Assembly: GCA_035525365.1 (NCBI GenBank)
Contig: DATLEK010000092.1
Location: 4,641-68,640 of the forward strand
Reading direction: 5' to 3'
From: Acidimicrobiales bacterium
GTDB lineage: Bacteria; Actinomycetota; Acidimicrobiia; Acidimicrobiales; GCA-2861595
DNA length: 64,000 bases
A program made the position numbers and the translations under genes. This document shows positions 56,640 to 64,000 of this stretch, one piece after another. Below the pieces are notes generated by a model. The model was not told the origin of the DNA. It made no database searches and saw only the letters and a list, made by a program, of their open reading frames with translations. Position 1 is the first letter of the stretch, and the number at the start of each line of letters is the position of its first letter.

Positions 56640-57230
56640 GTGGGTGCCCGGGTGCTGGTGGTCGACAACTACGACTCCTTCGTCTACAACCTGGTCCAGT
56701 ACCTGGGTGAGCTGGGCGCGGAGCCCGTCGTCTTCCGCAACGACGCCATCAGCGTCGAGGAGGCGATGGCCCTCCAACCTGACGCCGTTCTGATCAGCCC
56801 GGGACCGGGGAGGCCGGCCGACGCAGGCGTGAGCAACGCCCTCATCGAGAAGATGGGCCCGGTGGTGCCGGTTCTCGGCGTTTGCCTCGGTCACCAGTGC
56901 ATCGGCGAGGTTTTCGGCGGCTCGGTGGTCAGAGCGCCCCAGGTGATGCACGGCAAGACATCGGTGGTGAGGCACCGGGGGACGGGCGTGTTCGCCGGGC
57001 TTCCCCAGCCTTTCGAGGCCACCAGGTACCACTCGCTGATGGTTGAGCGGGATGGCCTTCCCGACATGTTGGAAGTGACCGCGGAGGCCGAGGACGGGGT
57101 GATCATGGGCCTGCGCCACCGGGAGCTGCAGATCGAGGGCGTGCAGTTCCACCCCGAGTCGATCCTCACTCCCGCCGGCAAGAGCCTGCTCCAGAACTTC
57201 CTCGGGCAGGCGACTCCTTTGAAGGTGTGA
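56640..57230 (+). CDS. trpG: Glutamine amidotransferase subunit of anthranilate/aminodeoxychorismate synthase
   Basis: [30 protein letters not shown] (catalytic Cys), ...GVQFHPES. Confidence 0.9.
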   Translation: MGARVLVVDNYDSFVYNLVQYLGELGAEPVVFRNDAISVEEAMALQPDAVLISPGPGRPADAGVSNALIEKMGPVVPVLGVCLGHQCIGEVFGGSVVRAPQVMHGKTSVVRHRGTGVFAGLPQPFEATRYHSLMVERDGLPDMLEVTAEAEDGVIMGLRHRELQIEGVQFHPESILTPAGKSLLQNFLGQATPLKV

Positions 57231-57252
57231 GGAATCGAGGAACCGAGCCTGG

Positions 57253-59217
57253 TCAGGTGCCGGGGGGCGTGCTGGTGGTGGTTGCCACCGTGGAGCTGGG
57301 GGTGGACGTGGAGGAGCTGCCCACCTTGCGCCCGACCCTGATGGTGACGGTGGAGCCCTTTGGAGCCTCGGTGTCCCCGGTGGGGCTCTGTTCGAGCACG
57401 CGGCCGTCGTCGGCGTCGCTGGCCACGACCACGTTCTCGACCTTCACGGTGAAGCCGAGAGCCTGCAGTGCCGCCGTGGCCTCCTCCTGGCGCTTGCCGA
57501 TGACGTTGGGAACCTTGGCCGTCTCCACACCCGAGGAGACGAAGAGGGTCACCGGCGATCCCTTGTCCACTGAAGCGCCGGCGGTGGGATCAGTGCGGAT
57601 GACCTTTCCCCTTTCCACGCTGCTCGATGGCTCGTTGATCGTGCGGACCCGGAGGCCGGCGTTGACGATGTCATCGGCCGCCGCCGTGGCGTCTTTGCCC
57701 ACCACCGCCGGCACGTCCACCTTGGGCTTGCCGGTCGAGACGGTGATGGTGACGCTGGAGCCTCTGGGCGCCGACGTGCTCGGTCTGGGATCCTGGAGGA
57801 CGACCCGGCCGGCGGGTTGCTCGTCGTCTGGCTGCTGGGTGCTCTCGACCTTGAACCCGAGGCTCTCCAGCAGGGAGATGGCGTCTGCCTCCTCCTCGCC
57901 GACGACCGACGGGACCTCCACCGGCCGGGCCCCCCGGCTCACCTTCAGGGTGATCGGTGAACCCTTGTCGACCTTGGTGTCGGGGTCGGGGTCCTGGTCG
58001 AACACGACGTTGGCTTCGGCGTCGTTGTCCTCCAGGTCGGTCCGTACCTCGAAGCCGAGGCTCTTCAGGACGCGCTCGGCGGCTTCGGCGGGCTGACCTG
58101 TCACACTGGGCACGACCACCCGGGCAGTGTCGGCCTCACCGCCGAAGATCCCGAGGGTCCTGCCCAGGAGGAACAACAGGACGGCGAGGGCGACGAGCAT
58201 GAAGGCGAGCAGGCCGACGTAGGCACCGGTGCGCCGGGGTGCCTCTCCGTCTCCGGCAGGCGCAGGGATGACGCTGCCCGGCATGGCTCTCGTGCGACGG
58301 TTGACCCTGGTGGCGGCGTCGGCGGCCAGCACCATCCTCGTGTCGTCCGGCCTATCGCGCGTCACCGGCACGACGGCCAGCACCTCGCGCCCCTGCTGAT
58401 AGCGGAGAAGGTCCGCCCGCAGCTCCTCGGCTGTCGCGTACCGGTCCGAGGGATCTTTGGCCAGGGCCTGGAGGATGATGGCCTCGAAGGCGGCGGGGAT
58501 GGCGGAGTCGTGGTGGCGAGGAGGCTCCGGGACTTCCCGCACGTGCTTATAGGCGATGGTGACGGGGTTGTCGCCCGAGAACGGCGGTACACCGGTGACC
58601 ATCTCGTAAAGCACCACGCCGAGGGAGTACACGTCGCTGCGGGCGTCGACGCCGAGGCCCTGGGCCTGCTCGGGGGAGAAGTAGGTGGCGGTGCCCATGA
58701 CCGCTCCCGTCTGGGTCAGGTTCTCGTCGCTGTTCTTGGCCCGGGCGATGCCGAAGTCGGCCACCTTCACGTGGCCGTCGGTGTCAATCAACACGTTTCC
58801 GGGCTTCACGTCGCGGTGCACCACACCGTTCCGATGGGCGAAGGACAGCGCCGCCGCGACATCGGCGCCAATAGCGGCCGCTCTATCCGCTAGCAGCGAA
58901 CCCTGGGAGCGGATGATGCTGGAAAGTGGCCGGCCGTCCACGAACTCCATGACGATGAAGTAGGTGTCGTCCTCCTCGCCCCAGTCGTAAACGGAGACGA
59001 TGTTGGGGTGGCTCAGGTTGGCCGCGGCCTGGGCCTCCCGGCGGAACCGCTCGACGAAGGACCGGTCGATCGACAATTCCGGGAACAGCACCTTGAGCGC
59101 GACGGGCCGGTCGAGCAGCTGGTCGCGGGCGAGGTGGACCTCGGCCATGCCCCCGCGCGCGATCGGGCGAACGATCTCGTAACGCCCGCTGTAGACGCGG
59201 GTGGGGGGGCTGGCCAT
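57253..59217 (-). CDS. pknB: Ser/Thr protein kinase PknB with four PASTA domains
   Basis: GRYEIVRPIARGGMAEV, ALKVL, HRDVKPGNVLI, DFGIA, one TM, then four PASTA-like repeats (VPSVTGQ.., VPSVVGE.., VPAVVGK.., VPNVIGK..). Confidence 0.95.
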   Translation of the reverse strand: MASPPTRVYSGRYEIVRPIARGGMAEVHLARDQLLDRPVALKVLFPELSIDRSFVERFRREAQAAANLSHPNIVSVYDWGEEDDTYFIVMEFVDGRPLSSIIRSQGSLLADRAAAIGADVAAALSFAHRNGVVHRDVKPGNVLIDTDGHVKVADFGIARAKNSDENLTQTGAVMGTATYFSPEQAQGLGVDARSDVYSLGVVLYEMVTGVPPFSGDNPVTIAYKHVREVPEPPRHHDSAIPAAFEAIILQALAKDPSDRYATAEELRADLLRYQQGREVLAVVPVTRDRPDDTRMVLAADAATRVNRRTRAMPGSVIPAPAGDGEAPRRTGAYVGLLAFMLVALAVLLFLLGRTLGIFGGEADTARVVVPSVTGQPAEAAERVLKSLGFEVRTDLEDNDAEANVVFDQDPDPDTKVDKGSPITLKVSRGARPVEVPSVVGEEEADAISLLESLGFKVESTQQPDDEQPAGRVVLQDPRPSTSAPRGSSVTITVSTGKPKVDVPAVVGKDATAAADDIVNAGLRVRTINEPSSSVERGKVIRTDPTAGASVDKGSPVTLFVSSGVETAKVPNVIGKRQEEATAALQALGFTVKVENVVVASDADDGRVLEQSPTGDTEAPKGSTVTIRVGRKVGSSSTSTPSSTVATTTSTPPGT

Positions 59218-59230
59218 GCCGCTGTCCAGA

Positions 59231-60679
59231 CTACGGGGCGCCCAAAGCGGCCCTGAGGACGGTCTGGACGATCGGCGCAGCTACGCGCCCACCGGTGACG
59301 CTGTCTCCGAGCCCGGGTTGGCTTTCCACGATGACGGCGATCGCCACCCGCGGTGCCTCGGCCGGGGCGAAGGCCACCATCCAGGCGTGGGCATTGTCGT
59401 CTGCAGTCTGCGCAGTGCCCGTCTTTCCCGCCACCTGTACGCCGGGGACTGCCGCGCGCCGGCCGGTTCCGGAGTTCACCACCTGGATCATCATGTCCCG
59501 CAGGACCCCCGCATTCTCCGGGGACATCGCCTGCTTCCACGGCTCCGGGTTCCATGTCTTTACGACCTCACCCTCGTCATCGCGTACCTCGGCCATCACG
59601 TGGGGTTTCATGATCACCCCACCATTGGCCACGCCGGCGGCAACCAGCGCCATCTGGAGCGGAGTGGACGAGACATCCTGCTGGCCAATGGCCGACTTGG
59701 CCAGAGCCGGACTGTCCCGGGCGAAGGAGGCGGCCTCGGGGAACACCGACGCGCGGGTTGCCGGCAGGTCGAGCGGGGGCCGCTCGCCGAAGCCGAAGTC
59801 ACCGGCCTCGCCGGAGAGCTTCTCGGCTCCCATGTCGAGGCCCATCTGGGCGAAGCCGGTGTTGCAGGACACCCGCAGAAGGTCGCTCAGGGCGCCACCG
59901 CAGGTGCTGTTCTCGAAGTTGGGCAGGTCACGGTCGGTCTGAGGCAGGTCCAGAGTGCGTAGGCGCGGGTAGTCCTTGGAGACGAGGTCCGGAGCCTGTT
60001 CGAGGGCGGCGGCCGCGGTCACGACCTTGAACGTCGACCCGGGGGGATAACGCTCCCGGTAGGAGCGGGGCAACAGCGGCTTGGCTTGGTCCGCCTGTAG
60101 TTCCGCGTACCTGGCCTGCACCGCCTTTTGGTCGTGACCGGCCAGCGGCGTTGGGTCGAATGAGGGGAAGCTCCACATGGCCAGCACGCCGCCGTCGGTC
60201 GGGTTCAGGGCCACCACCGCGCCTTTTCTGTTGCCGAGGGCGTCACGGGCCACTTGCTGGAGTGACTTGGAGACGGTGAGGGTCACGTTGCCGGTGCGGA
60301 CCCGGTCGGAGAACAGGTCGCTCGGCCGCTTCATGGCGACGCTGCGGCCGGCGAGGTCGGAGCCGTAGGTGCGTTCCACGCCCTCGGTGCCGTAGGTGAA
60401 GGAGAAGTACCCCGAGATGTGGGCGAACAGCTCGCCTTCGGGGTACTCGCGGAGACGCTCGAAGTCGTCGTCGACGGGGACCGACCGGGCGACGATGGCC
60501 CCGTCGGCCGCCTGGATCGTGCCCCGCTCACGGCTGAAGTCCCGGACCACGGTTCGGGTGTTGCCCGGAGCGGTGGCCAGCCGCTCGGACCGCAGGACCT
60601 GCAGGTCGTTGAGCCTCAGGAAGAGAGCGAGAAAGAGCACGAGGAGCACAAGACCAAGTCGCCGGATCTGCGGGTTCAT
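59231..60679 (-). CDS. pbpA: Class B penicillin-binding protein (PbpA-like transpeptidase)
   Basis: ATG at 60679 overlaps the rodA stop (ATGA). N-terminal TM, then STFK, SCN and KTGT motifs. The 652-aa track ORF is over-extended. Confidence 0.9.
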   Translation of the reverse strand: MNPQIRRLGLVLLVLFLALFLRLNDLQVLRSERLATAPGNTRTVVRDFSRERGTIQAADGAIVARSVPVDDDFERLREYPEGELFAHISGYFSFTYGTEGVERTYGSDLAGRSVAMKRPSDLFSDRVRTGNVTLTVSKSLQQVARDALGNRKGAVVALNPTDGGVLAMWSFPSFDPTPLAGHDQKAVQARYAELQADQAKPLLPRSYRERYPPGSTFKVVTAAAALEQAPDLVSKDYPRLRTLDLPQTDRDLPNFENSTCGGALSDLLRVSCNTGFAQMGLDMGAEKLSGEAGDFGFGERPPLDLPATRASVFPEAASFARDSPALAKSAIGQQDVSSTPLQMALVAAGVANGGVIMKPHVMAEVRDDEGEVVKTWNPEPWKQAMSPENAGVLRDMMIQVVNSGTGRRAAVPGVQVAGKTGTAQTADDNAHAWMVAFAPAEAPRVAIAVIVESQPGLGDSVTGGRVAAPIVQTVLRAALGAP

Positions 60680-61998
60680 GTGGGCGCCAAAACTGTCTCG
60701 TCGGACATGGAGCCGGCCTCTGAGGCGGTGCGGACGGACCGGCGGGCGGTGTCGTCGGAGATGCGTAGAAGGAGGGCCAGCAGGACGTAGTTGGCCAGCA
60801 GCGACGAGCCGCCGTAGGACATGAAAGGCAAGGTCACGCCGGTCAGAGGCACGAGTCGGGTTACTCCGCCGATGATGATGAAGGTCTGCACGGCGAGAAT
60901 GGTGGTGAGGCCTGCGGCCAGGAGCTTCTCGAACGGCTGCTCCGCGGCCGTGGCCACCCGGAGGCCGGCACCGATCATGAAGATGAAGGCGATGAGGATG
61001 CCGGCGGTGCCGAGGAGACCCAGCTCCTCGCCCACGGCGGCGAAGATGAAGTCGGTGGCGGCGGCGGGGATCTTGCCGGGGGAGCCCAGGCCCGGTCCTG
61101 TGCCGGCGAAGCCACCCGACCCGAAGGCGTAGGCCGCCTGGACGAGTTGGTAACCCTGGTCGGCCGCCCTTGACCAGGGATCGATCCACACCCGGATGCG
61201 CGACTGGACGTGCCCGAAGGCGGAGTAGGCCATGAACGCCCCGGCGCCGAACAGCACCGCACCCACCCCGAGGTACTCGGCCCGCGCCGTGGCCAGCCAG
61301 AGCATGGAGATGAACAGGGCGAAGAACAGCAGCGAGGAGCCCAGGTCGCGCTCGCCCGTCATCACCAAGAGGGACGCCCCCCAGGCCAGGATGATGGGTC
61401 CGATGGCCCGTCCGCTGAGCAGCCGGCCCTTGCCGAATTCGGCGAGCACGTCGCGTTTCTCCACCAGGTAGGCGGCGAAGAAGATGGCCAGGGCGATCTT
61501 GGCCACCTCACCGGGCTGGAAGGTGATGGTGCCCAGTCGTATCCAGAGGCGGGCACCGTTGATGTTGCGGCCGAGGCCGGGCAACAAGGGCATCATGAGC
61601 AGCGCTACGCCGAGCAGGGCGAAGGTGTAGCGGTACCGCTCCAGGTCCCGGACCCGCCGGACCACGGCCAGCGTGCCCACGAAGGCGGCTATGCCGACCG
61701 CCGTCCACACCGCTTGGAGGCCGGCCAGGTCCGGGTCCAGGCGGGCGATGAACACGTAGCCGATCCCGTTGAGGAGGACGGCAAGGGGGAAAAGGGTTCC
61801 TTCGGCGTTGGGCGCCAGCCAGCGGATGGCCACATGGGCGGCGACGAACAGGGCGAGGACGACGACAAGGAAGGCAACGGCATCGGCGGGTATGGAAGCC
61901 GACTTGCCGAGGCTGGCCAGCACGTAAAGCGCAGCGGTGACGAGCGCGGCCAGCACCAGCAGCCCCAACTCGGTGCTGCGCCGTGGTGAGCCTGTCAT
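60676..61998 (-). CDS. rodA: SEDS-family peptidoglycan polymerase (RodA/FtsW)
   Basis: About 10 TM helices and the conserved ...PDAATDFIFAAVGEELGLLG... region. The ATG overlaps the pstP stop. Confidence 0.9.
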   Translation of the reverse strand: MTGSPRRSTELGLLVLAALVTAALYVLASLGKSASIPADAVAFLVVVLALFVAAHVAIRWLAPNAEGTLFPLAVLLNGIGYVFIARLDPDLAGLQAVWTAVGIAAFVGTLAVVRRVRDLERYRYTFALLGVALLMMPLLPGLGRNINGARLWIRLGTITFQPGEVAKIALAIFFAAYLVEKRDVLAEFGKGRLLSGRAIGPIILAWGASLLVMTGERDLGSSLLFFALFISMLWLATARAEYLGVGAVLFGAGAFMAYSAFGHVQSRIRVWIDPWSRAADQGYQLVQAAYAFGSGGFAGTGPGLGSPGKIPAAATDFIFAAVGEELGLLGTAGILIAFIFMIGAGLRVATAAEQPFEKLLAAGLTTILAVQTFIIIGGVTRLVPLTGVTLPFMSYGGSSLLANYVLLALLLRISDDTARRSVRTASEAGSMSDETVLAPT

Positions 61999-63323
61999 GG
62001 TTGGGGCTGAGGCGCCGGCGCCGGCGTCACTGCGGTGGTGGTGGGGCCGGGGGGGAGTGGCATCGTGGTGGTGGTGCTGGGCGCTGCCTCCTCCGTGATG
62101 TTCTGCACGTAGCGCCGGGCGGAGGCGATGGAGCTGTACTCCTTGCCCTCCCGAATGTCGTCGGCCCGGTTCGGCAGGACCTTGGTGAGCGAGAGGCCAG
62201 TCGGCTCGGCGACGGTGGGTTTGAACCAGAGCAGCCCGCCGGGGCGTCCCTTGAAGATGGCGATGTCATCACCGCCCCTGTCTGCGACCCCCACGAAGTA
62301 TCCGCCCCGCCCGTACCACGCCGTAGCCCCCAGGCCAGCGGCGAAAACGGCGAGCACCAGAGCCACGAAGACGGTGGATCGGAGGGTCACCCTCCGCCTA
62401 CCGCCGGCGATGACGTCCGGCGAGCGGAAAGAGCCGCCCGGCGGCGGGACCGTGGGGGAGGAAGGGCCCGGTGGAGAAGGGGGGCTGGCGGTAGGGGGAC
62501 CACCCGCAGGGACAGGATCCCGCCGCCGGCGACCGGCCGAACTGGGCCGAACCGGGTCAGCGGCCACAGCGGCAGAGGCACGAATCGAACGCGAGAAGTC
62601 GTCCACCACGTCTACGACCACGACGGTGATGTTGTCGTTGCCCCCGTGCTCCTTGGCCATGGAGACGAGCTCCTGTGCGGCCTCCTCCGGGTCGCGTACC
62701 CGCCGCAGGACATCGGCGATGTCGTCCTGGTCAACCTCGTTGTAGAGGCCGTCGCTCGACAGCACGAGGCGGTCGCCCTGGTAGGGCGTGACCTGGAAGC
62801 AGTCGACCTCCACGTTCGGCTCGATGCCGAGGGCGCGGGTGAGGACGTTGCGCTGGGGATGGGCGGCGGCCTCGGAGTCGCTCAGGCGGCCGGCCCGGCG
62901 CAGCTCCTCCGGGACGCTGTGGTCGTCGGTGAGTTGATCGAGCTCGCCATCGCGGAGCAGGTACGCGCGGGAGTCGCCGACGTTGACAACAGCGAGGATG
63001 GAGCCTTCCTCTCTGTCTCCTTCCACCAGCGCCAAGGCCGTGAGCGTGGTCCCCATACCCCGCAAATCGCGCCCTTCCTGGGCCCGGGTCCACACGACCT
63101 GGTTGGCGTTGCGAACGGCGTCGGCCAGTCCGTCCGCCGAGGGGTTGTCGTCGAAGGCGGCCTTGAGGGCCTCCACCGCGGCAAGGGAGGCGACCTCACC
63201 GCCGGCATGGCCACCCATTCCGTCGGCCACGGCAAAAAGCGTCTCCGCCACCAGGAGCTGGTCCTGGTTGTTCGAGCGGACCCGACCCACATCGGTGGCT
63301 GCGCCACCCCGCAAGACGGTCAC
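61995..63323 (-). CDS. pstP: PP2C-family Ser/Thr phosphatase PstP with C-terminal TM and extracellular segment
   Basis: GTG at 63323 overlaps the fhaB stop (GTGA). ATDVGRVRSNNQD, FAVADGMGGHAGGEVAS, SDGL, GGNDNITVVVVD. Confidence 0.9.
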   Translation of the reverse strand: MTVLRGGAATDVGRVRSNNQDQLLVAETLFAVADGMGGHAGGEVASLAAVEALKAAFDDNPSADGLADAVRNANQVVWTRAQEGRDLRGMGTTLTALALVEGDREEGSILAVVNVGDSRAYLLRDGELDQLTDDHSVPEELRRAGRLSDSEAAAHPQRNVLTRALGIEPNVEVDCFQVTPYQGDRLVLSSDGLYNEVDQDDIADVLRRVRDPEEAAQELVSMAKEHGGNDNITVVVVDVVDDFSRSIRASAAVAADPVRPSSAGRRRRDPVPAGGPPTASPPSPPGPSSPTVPPPGGSFRSPDVIAGGRRRVTLRSTVFVALVLAVFAAGLGATAWYGRGGYFVGVADRGGDDIAIFKGRPGGLLWFKPTVAEPTGLSLTKVLPNRADDIREGKEYSSIASARRYVQNITEEAAPSTTTTMPLPPGPTTTAVTPAPAPQPQP

Positions 63324-63781
63324 TTCGTGACCTCGAGCACAGTGCGGCCGATCTGAAGACGGTCGCCTCGGCGCAGGGCCACCGGCGCCGACACCGCCTT
63401 GGCGTTCAGGTAGGTGCCGTTGGTGGAGCCGAGATCCTCGAGCCACACCCGGCCGTCCCTGCGGAAGATGCGGGCATGGAGTTGCGAGGCGTAGGTGTCC
63501 CCGGAGAGGGCGATCTGGCACCCGCTGGCGCGCCCGACCGTGAGCTCCTCGCCCAGGTCGTAGACCGTTCCGCGGCGCTCAGGAGGCTCGACCACCTTGA
63601 GCCGGCCGGTATCGGGAGCGGGCATCCGGGAGGGAGCCCGTGACGAGGCCGGCGTCGAAGCAGCAGAAGCCGCCGCAGGGGTGTTGACCTCGGCCCAGAC
63701 CGCCCACAGCACCCGGAGAAAGAACAGCCACAGCAGGGTCAGGAAGCAGAACTTGAGGATCGTGAGAAGCGACTCGGGCAC
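63320..63781 (-). CDS. fhaB: FHA-domain protein FhaB/FipA
   Basis: N-terminal TM, then an FHA domain: LTVGRASGCQIAL.GD.YASQLHARI......WLEDLGSTNGTYLN. Confidence 0.85.
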   Translation of the reverse strand: MPESLLTILKFCFLTLLWLFFLRVLWAVWAEVNTPAAASAASTPASSRAPSRMPAPDTGRLKVVEPPERRGTVYDLGEELTVGRASGCQIALSGDTYASQLHARIFRRDGRVWLEDLGSTNGTYLNAKAVSAPVALRRGDRLQIGRTVLEVTK

Positions 63782-63790
63782 CGGCGATGC

Positions 63791-64000
63791 CTACGATGCC
63801 TCGAAGCGGAGCCTCGTGGAACCCACGGTGATCTCGTCACCGTCGGCCAGCCGGCGCTCTTTCACGCCTGCTCCGTTCACCTTGGTGCCGTTGGTGGAGC
63901 CGAGGTCGACCACGACGATGTCGCTGCCCCGCCGGCGCACCTCGGCATGGCGCCGGCTGACGCTCTCCTCGCTCACCGGTACGTCGCAGTCTGAGAGTCG
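63791..64000 (-). CDS. fhaA: FHA-domain protein FhaA, C-terminal part (5' end lies beyond the window)
   Basis: ...DCDVPVSEESVSRRHAEVRRRGSDIVVVDLGSTNGTKVNG. The reading frame stays open to position 64000. Confidence 0.8.
   Translation of the reverse strand, partial: RLSDCDVPVSEESVSRRHAEVRRRGSDIVVVDLGSTNGTKVNGAGVKERRLADGDEITVGSTRLRFEAS

Overview
Visibly high-GC Actinomycetota-type chromosome segment spanning the replication origin. Gene order matches what I recall of the Mycobacterium tuberculosis ori neighbourhood (Rv numbers are from memory, not searched). The conserved backbone has four parts. (1) dnaB-rplI-rpsR-ssb-rpsF on the minus strand, then DUF192-panB, class A PBP, two polytopic membrane proteins, DUF5318, PadR and ino1. 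(2) cca, DUF6049, murJ, an ECF sigma with a ZAS anti-sigma, trxB-trxA and cwlM. (3) parB-parA-rsmG-jag-yidC-yidD-rnpA-rpmH on the minus strand, diverging from dnaA-dnaN-recF-DUF721(DciA)-gyrB-gyrA-DUF3566, then tRNA-Ile and tRNA-Ala. (4) crgA, trpG/pabA and the pknB-pbpA-rodA-pstP-fhaB-fhaA cell-wall signalling operon. Many neighbouring genes are joined by 1- or 4-nt start/stop overlaps. I saw no integrase, transposase, IS element, rRNA or CRISPR array. Non-backbone content is the more interesting part:
- A roughly 1-kb RelE/ParE-Phd toxin-antitoxin islet is bracketed by a 48-nt duplication of the tRNA-Ile 3' half and by nested 22-nt direct repeats.
- At the left end is a decayed junction: a McrB-like fragment, a truncated PIN N-terminus and a tRNA-Gly 3' fragment.
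- An orphan pilT and a GNAT gene sit where mycobacteria carry mutT4.
- The mycobacterial MviN-pseudokinase fusion appears here in split form: murJ, a 119-aa protein, DegV, then an apparently active Ser/Thr kinase with an extracellular domain.
- A membrane-anchored minimal LAS/M15-like peptidase follows gyrA.
- An SDH-like gene and a GH6/CBM cellulase lie between tRNA-Ile and tRNA-Ala.
- A four-repeat Ig-like surface protein overlaps a GAF-GGDEF cyclase.
Candidate regulatory sites include a recurring CTTCGTCCAC DnaA-box-like 10-mer upstream of dnaA, dnaN and dnaB. All calls come from reading the sequence and ORF translations; no searches were run. Most other long ORFs in the track are antisense or out-of-frame high-GC artefacts.
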